This document shows, piece after piece, positions 44,638-48,373 of a stretch of DNA of 48,373 nucleotides. Location: assembly GCA_016839605.1 (NCBI GenBank), contig JAEOTX010000140.1:1-48373 (forward strand). Reading direction: 5' to 3'. The stretch's first letter is position 1; every line of letters starts with the position of its first letter. A program made the position numbers and the translations under genes. This DNA comes from Candidatus Thorarchaeota archaeon (GTDB lineage: Archaea; Asgardarchaeota; Thorarchaeia; Thorarchaeales; Thorarchaeaceae). A model generated the notes under the pieces. The model had not been told where the DNA came from, did no database searches, and worked only from the letters and a program-made list of their open reading frames with translations.

Positions 44638-46650
44638 TCATTTGTCCTTCAGCATTTCCTTGACATGCTTGATGACATTCTCAACAGTGAAACCGTATTT
44701 TTCGAAAACAACATTATTCGGTGCAGAAGCACCAAATGTTTCTACAGCCAGAACCTTTCCTTTGTCGCCAACCCAACGCTCCCAGCCTTGGGACCTGCCC
44801 GCCTCAACTGCTAGGCGCACCTTGACATGAGGAGGAAAGACAGAGCTGCGATAGTCTTCACCCTGTTCCTCAAACAGTTCCCAGCTCGGGAACGAGACCA
44901 AGCGGACATTAACACCCTCTTGTGCCAACTTCGCACCAGCCTTGGTGATGAGACCGACCTCAGAACCTGTTGCCATCAGAATGACATCCAATGGGCCATC
45001 TCCAAGGTCTGCAAGCACATAAGCACCGCAAACAAGCCCGTTCGCAGGACTGTATGTACCCCTATCTAAGACAGGAATCTTCTGTCGCGTTAGTGCCATC
45101 AGCGTAGGTCCTCCCGCCCGGTTAATGGCCACCCTCCATGCTTCAACCACCTCGTTTGCATCACATGGACGGAGAACAATGAGATCTGGTATGGCACGCA
45201 ATGCAACCAATTGCTCCACTGGTTGATGGGTTGGTCCATCTTCACCAACACCAATGCTGTCATGAGTGAATACCCAGATGCTTCTATGCTTCGAGAGGGC
45301 GGAGATGCGAATTGCCGGTCGCATGTAGTCTGAGAATATCAAGAAAGTGGCCCCGTAAGGGATGAAGCCACCATGAGCAGCCATGCCGTTGACAATGGCA
45401 CCCATAGCATGTTCGCGGACGCCGAAGAAGAAATTTCGGCCTTCAGGGGAGTCTCTCTGAAAAGCTGGATGATCCTTTATCCATGTCTTATTTGAGCCTG
45501 TAAGGTCCGCAGACCCTCCAAATAGCTCCGGAAGATGAGGAGCAAGAGCGTTAATTACATCGCCTGATGGGTTTCTGGTAGCTATACCTGCTTCATTAGC
45601 CTCGTAGCTCGGAAGATCCTTGTCCCACCCCTTTGGAAGCTTGCCAGATAATCGGCGCTCGTATTCTTCAGCCAAATCTGGATACTCCTTCCGATAGTTA
45701 TTCATCTTCTTCTGCCATTGCTTTTCCAATTCCTCTCCTTGTGTGATGGCTTCTCGAAAGTGTTCCAACACATCATCTGGAATTAGGAAACGTGGCTCTA
45801 AAGGCCAATCGAGGTTCTTCTTGGCAGCTTCAAGCTCATCCTCGCCTGGAGGCTCGCCGTGTGCTTTCGCTGTGTCCTGTTTATTTGGCATACCATAACC
45901 AATTTGGGTCCGTACCATGATTATTGATGGTCTCTGGTCTTTCTTTGCATTTACTATTGCCTGGTCTATGGCAACAACATCGTTGCCGTTAGCAACTGAT
46001 TGCACATGCCATCCAAGTGACTCAAACCGGGCTTCGCGATGCTCAGTAAATGTCAAATCTGTACTTCCATCAATTGAGATGAGATTATCGTCATATAGTA
46101 GGATTAGCTTGCCGAGCTGATGGTGCCCTGCTAAGGATGCAGTTTCATAAGAGATTCCCTCCATCAAATCTCCATCAGTGACAATGGCGTAGGTGTAGTG
46201 GTCGACGATTTCATGCCTAGGCCTATTGAACACTGCTGCGAGATGTTTCTCTGCAATTGCCATACCAAGAGCATTGCTCATGCCCTGACCTAGAGGTCCC
46301 GTTGTGACTTCGACCCCTGGTGTGCAGAAGTTCTCAGGATGTCCTGGAGTACGACAACCCCATTGTCGGAAGTTCTTGATATCATCAAGCGACACATCAT
46401 ATCCTGTGAGGTGAAGGAGTGCATATAGCAGCATGGAGCCGTGTCCACCAGAGAGCACAAATCGGTCACGGTCCAGCCAATCGGGATTCTGCGGATTGAA
46501 GCGTAGATGCTTGGTCCAAAGAGCATATGCCATGGCTGCTGCGCCCATAGGCATGCCTGGATGGCCCGAGTTTGCCTTTTGCACAGCGTCGGCAGCCAAG
46601 AAGCGAATAGTATTGATTGCTCGGTTTTGAAGATTCTCCGATTCTGACAA
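44638..46650 (-). CDS. tkt: Transketolase (single-chain)
   Basis: [56 protein letters not shown]. Confidence 0.97.
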   Translation of the reverse strand: MSESENLQNRAINTIRFLAADAVQKANSGHPGMPMGAAAMAYALWTKHLRFNPQNPDWLDRDRFVLSGGHGSMLLYALLHLTGYDVSLDDIKNFRQWGCRTPGHPENFCTPGVEVTTGPLGQGMSNALGMAIAEKHLAAVFNRPRHEIVDHYTYAIVTDGDLMEGISYETASLAGHHQLGKLILLYDDNLISIDGSTDLTFTEHREARFESLGWHVQSVANGNDVVAIDQAIVNAKKDQRPSIIMVRTQIGYGMPNKQDTAKAHGEPPGEDELEAAKKNLDWPLEPRFLIPDDVLEHFREAITQGEELEKQWQKKMNNYRKEYPDLAEEYERRLSGKLPKGWDKDLPSYEANEAGIATRNPSGDVINALAPHLPELFGGSADLTGSNKTWIKDHPAFQRDSPEGRNFFFGVREHAMGAIVNGMAAHGGFIPYGATFLIFSDYMRPAIRISALSKHRSIWVFTHDSIGVGEDGPTHQPVEQLVALRAIPDLIVLRPCDANEVVEAWRVAINRAGGPTLMALTRQKIPVLDRGTYSPANGLVCGAYVLADLGDGPLDVILMATGSEVGLITKAGAKLAQEGVNVRLVSFPSWELFEEQGEDYRSSVFPPHVKVRLAVEAGRSQGWERWVGDKGKVLAVETFGASAPNNVVFEKYGFTVENVIKHVKEMLKDK

Positions 46651-46853
46651 TGCAGGACCTCCTTCCTGAAATGATAGAGTTGCACATCTGTGCTAATGGG
46701 TCCGCAATCCACCTACTTTTGGGTCTTGCGTCATGACCGCGTAGATACCAACCCCTATACAACTGTTACCCTCAACCATATTGCAGGTCAATTCAATAAT
46801 GATATTACTCGGCTCCAACTGACCGCAGTCACCATTTCAAGGGTGAATGACAA

Positions 46854-48278
46854 ATGCCAGTTCCCTCCCCATTAGTTGATCGGCTCAAGAACATCGTAGG
46901 ACCCGAGTATGTGACTGAAGAGCTCTGTGACAGGCTTGTGTATTCTAAAGATTATTCAATAGAAGGCATTGCAGACGACTATACTCCGGACCTTGTGGTA
47001 AAGCCAGGATCTGTTGAAGAGATTGAGCAGATAGTTGCTGCTGCAAACGAGTTCAAAGTACCCCTCTACACTTGGGGCGCCGGTACAAGTATGTCAGGAA
47101 ACCCTCTTGCAGTCTATCACGGAATTGTTCTTGACACCAAGCGCATGAATCGAATTCTTGAAGTCGACCCAGCCAACCTTACCATCACAGTTCAGGCTGG
47201 AGCCACTATGGCTGAGGTACAAGCAGCAGCCAAGAAACATGGTGTCTTTTTCACTCATCAACCGGAGAGCTGCCTCTCTTCTACCATCGGTGGTGCATTA
47301 AGCTGCATGGGTATGAGTATTTTCGGAGCAAAGTATGGCTATGCATATGACCAGCTGGTAGGCGTGGAGGTTGTTCTTGGAACTGGAAAGAGAATCCGGA
47401 TAGGTGGCAAAAGCTATCTCTCAGTCCCATCTCACAATCTCATGAACCTCTTTCTTGGCGCTGAAGGCACTCTAGGCATAATTACGGAAGCTGTCCTCAA
47501 GGTCTACCCTCTTCCGGCAACACGTGACAGAGTCAGTTATGCCTTCTCAGATATCACCACTGCGATGGAGGCCTGCAAGCGTGTTCATGGTGCGGGATGC
47601 TGGCCTGAAACAGTCTACGCCTTTGATAGAAGGTCATTGGTGCAATATATGGAACGATCAAAGACCCCTATTCCTGAGGAGTTATCCATGGCAGTCCTCT
47701 TTGGATGCTCAGGGGATCCTGACCTCGTTGAGAAAATGTTAGAGGTGATCTCAAGGTCCTGCGAGCAGGAAAATGGTGTGCGGATGTCAGACGAAGTGAC
47801 AGAATCATGGTGGGACTCTGTCAACATCAACAGAGAAACTTTTGACAAGAGCAACTTCGCCCTATCTCATACTGACTACGAACCAGACCTAATCGATGCT
47901 TGCGTTCCACTGAGTAAGTTCCAAGAGTACAGTGACTTCTGTGACGAACTTAAGAAGGAGTTTGGCTGGGTCGATATCGATTTTGGCGCGTTCATCGTAG
48001 CAGGACCGCGTGGACCTATACCCTTCTGCATTTACTTCAGCGTTCCAATCGACACAAGGATTCCACGTGAGATTGAGAAGTGGTTCGAGTTCAAGGAAAA
48101 GATGTACAGCCGAGCCATAGAGATGGGCGGCAGTGTTTCCAATGCCAATGGGGTTGGTCTGAGATCTGCTCCTTGGGTGAGGGAGCAGCTCGGTGACGCA
48201 TGGGAACTACTTACCGACATCAAATCACTAGTGGATCCGAATAATATCCTGAATCGTGGACAGAGGGGGTTTGAGTGA
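46854..48278 (+). CDS. FAD-binding oxidoreductase, GlcD/D-lactate dehydrogenase family
   Basis: PDLVVKP, GAGTSMSG, STIGG, GAEGTLGIITE, GGSVSNANGVG, K.LVDPNNILN.G. Confidence 0.9.
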   Translation: MPVPSPLVDRLKNIVGPEYVTEELCDRLVYSKDYSIEGIADDYTPDLVVKPGSVEEIEQIVAAANEFKVPLYTWGAGTSMSGNPLAVYHGIVLDTKRMNRILEVDPANLTITVQAGATMAEVQAAAKKHGVFFTHQPESCLSSTIGGALSCMGMSIFGAKYGYAYDQLVGVEVVLGTGKRIRIGGKSYLSVPSHNLMNLFLGAEGTLGIITEAVLKVYPLPATRDRVSYAFSDITTAMEACKRVHGAGCWPETVYAFDRRSLVQYMERSKTPIPEELSMAVLFGCSGDPDLVEKMLEVISRSCEQENGVRMSDEVTESWWDSVNINRETFDKSNFALSHTDYEPDLIDACVPLSKFQEYSDFCDELKKEFGWVDIDFGAFIVAGPRGPIPFCIYFSVPIDTRIPREIEKWFEFKEKMYSRAIEMGGSVSNANGVGLRSAPWVREQLGDAWELLTDIKSLVDPNNILNRGQRGFE

Positions 48279-48373
48279 TGGTAGAACGACTCGAGAAGTA
48301 TGATGAGTGGGCTCGGGCGTGTATGCATGTTCGTTGTGGGTTATGCAGAGAGAACTGTCCTGCCTATTCACAA
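48278..48373 (+). CDS. 5' fragment of an Fe-S oxidoreductase (GlcF/HdrD-like), truncated by the window edge
   Basis: ATG overlaps the upstream TGA; MVERLEKYDEWARACMHVRCGLCRENCPAYSQ carries a [4Fe-4S] motif. Confidence 0.75.
   Translation, partial: MVERLEKYDEWARACMHVRCGLCRENCPAYSQ

Noticed and set aside
228-48328. Numerous 60-170 aa antisense or alternate-frame ORFs in the ORF track
   Set aside because: They are shadows of confidently assigned genes, with no motifs or SD sites.

Overview
A gene-dense archaeal chromosomal segment, most likely from an Asgard archaeon (Thorarchaeia-like by inference). The assignment rests on GAGGTGA Shine-Dalgarno sites, a Rab-like GTPase, a large glycoprotein with a cytoplasmic longin-like tail and a TFB-derived protein. 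I found no rRNA, tRNA, CRISPR array, transposase or integrase. Left part (1-15.9 kb): a 32-aa Trp/acidic peptide, then accessory redox/detox genes separated by same-strand copies of an undescribed two-part intergenic repeat (block A, AAGGTAGAGAGAAGT-N5-CGGCGGTGAGATAGA; block B, CATTGCTGAGCACCCT). Also here are an ABC exporter, a 1.7-kaa surface protein, Mrp/ApbC, DsrE, a Rab-like GTPase with a coiled coil, and RraA. Centre (16.2-25.3 kb): an eight-gene Hdr cluster (hdrC-hdrB-hdrA'-hdrA''/mvhD-ferredoxin/mvhD-hdrA-hdrC-hdrB) with no hydrogenase. A 20-bp palindrome (TAATGAATC-NN-GATTCATTA) recurs upstream of four transcription units, including this cluster. Right part: PAS protein, SDR, TrmO, an orphan wHTH-DNA methyltransferase, DinB, a polysaccharide deacetylase, ThiF/MoeB, an acyl-CoA synthetase, a PRTase-like protein, an uncharacterised 613-aa protein followed by larC/larB, a MarR operon with a tandem operator, a mini-TFB, an EamA/Bat-like regulator pair, transketolase and a GlcD/GlcF-like pair. 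All family calls are by-eye motif recognition; no searches were run.
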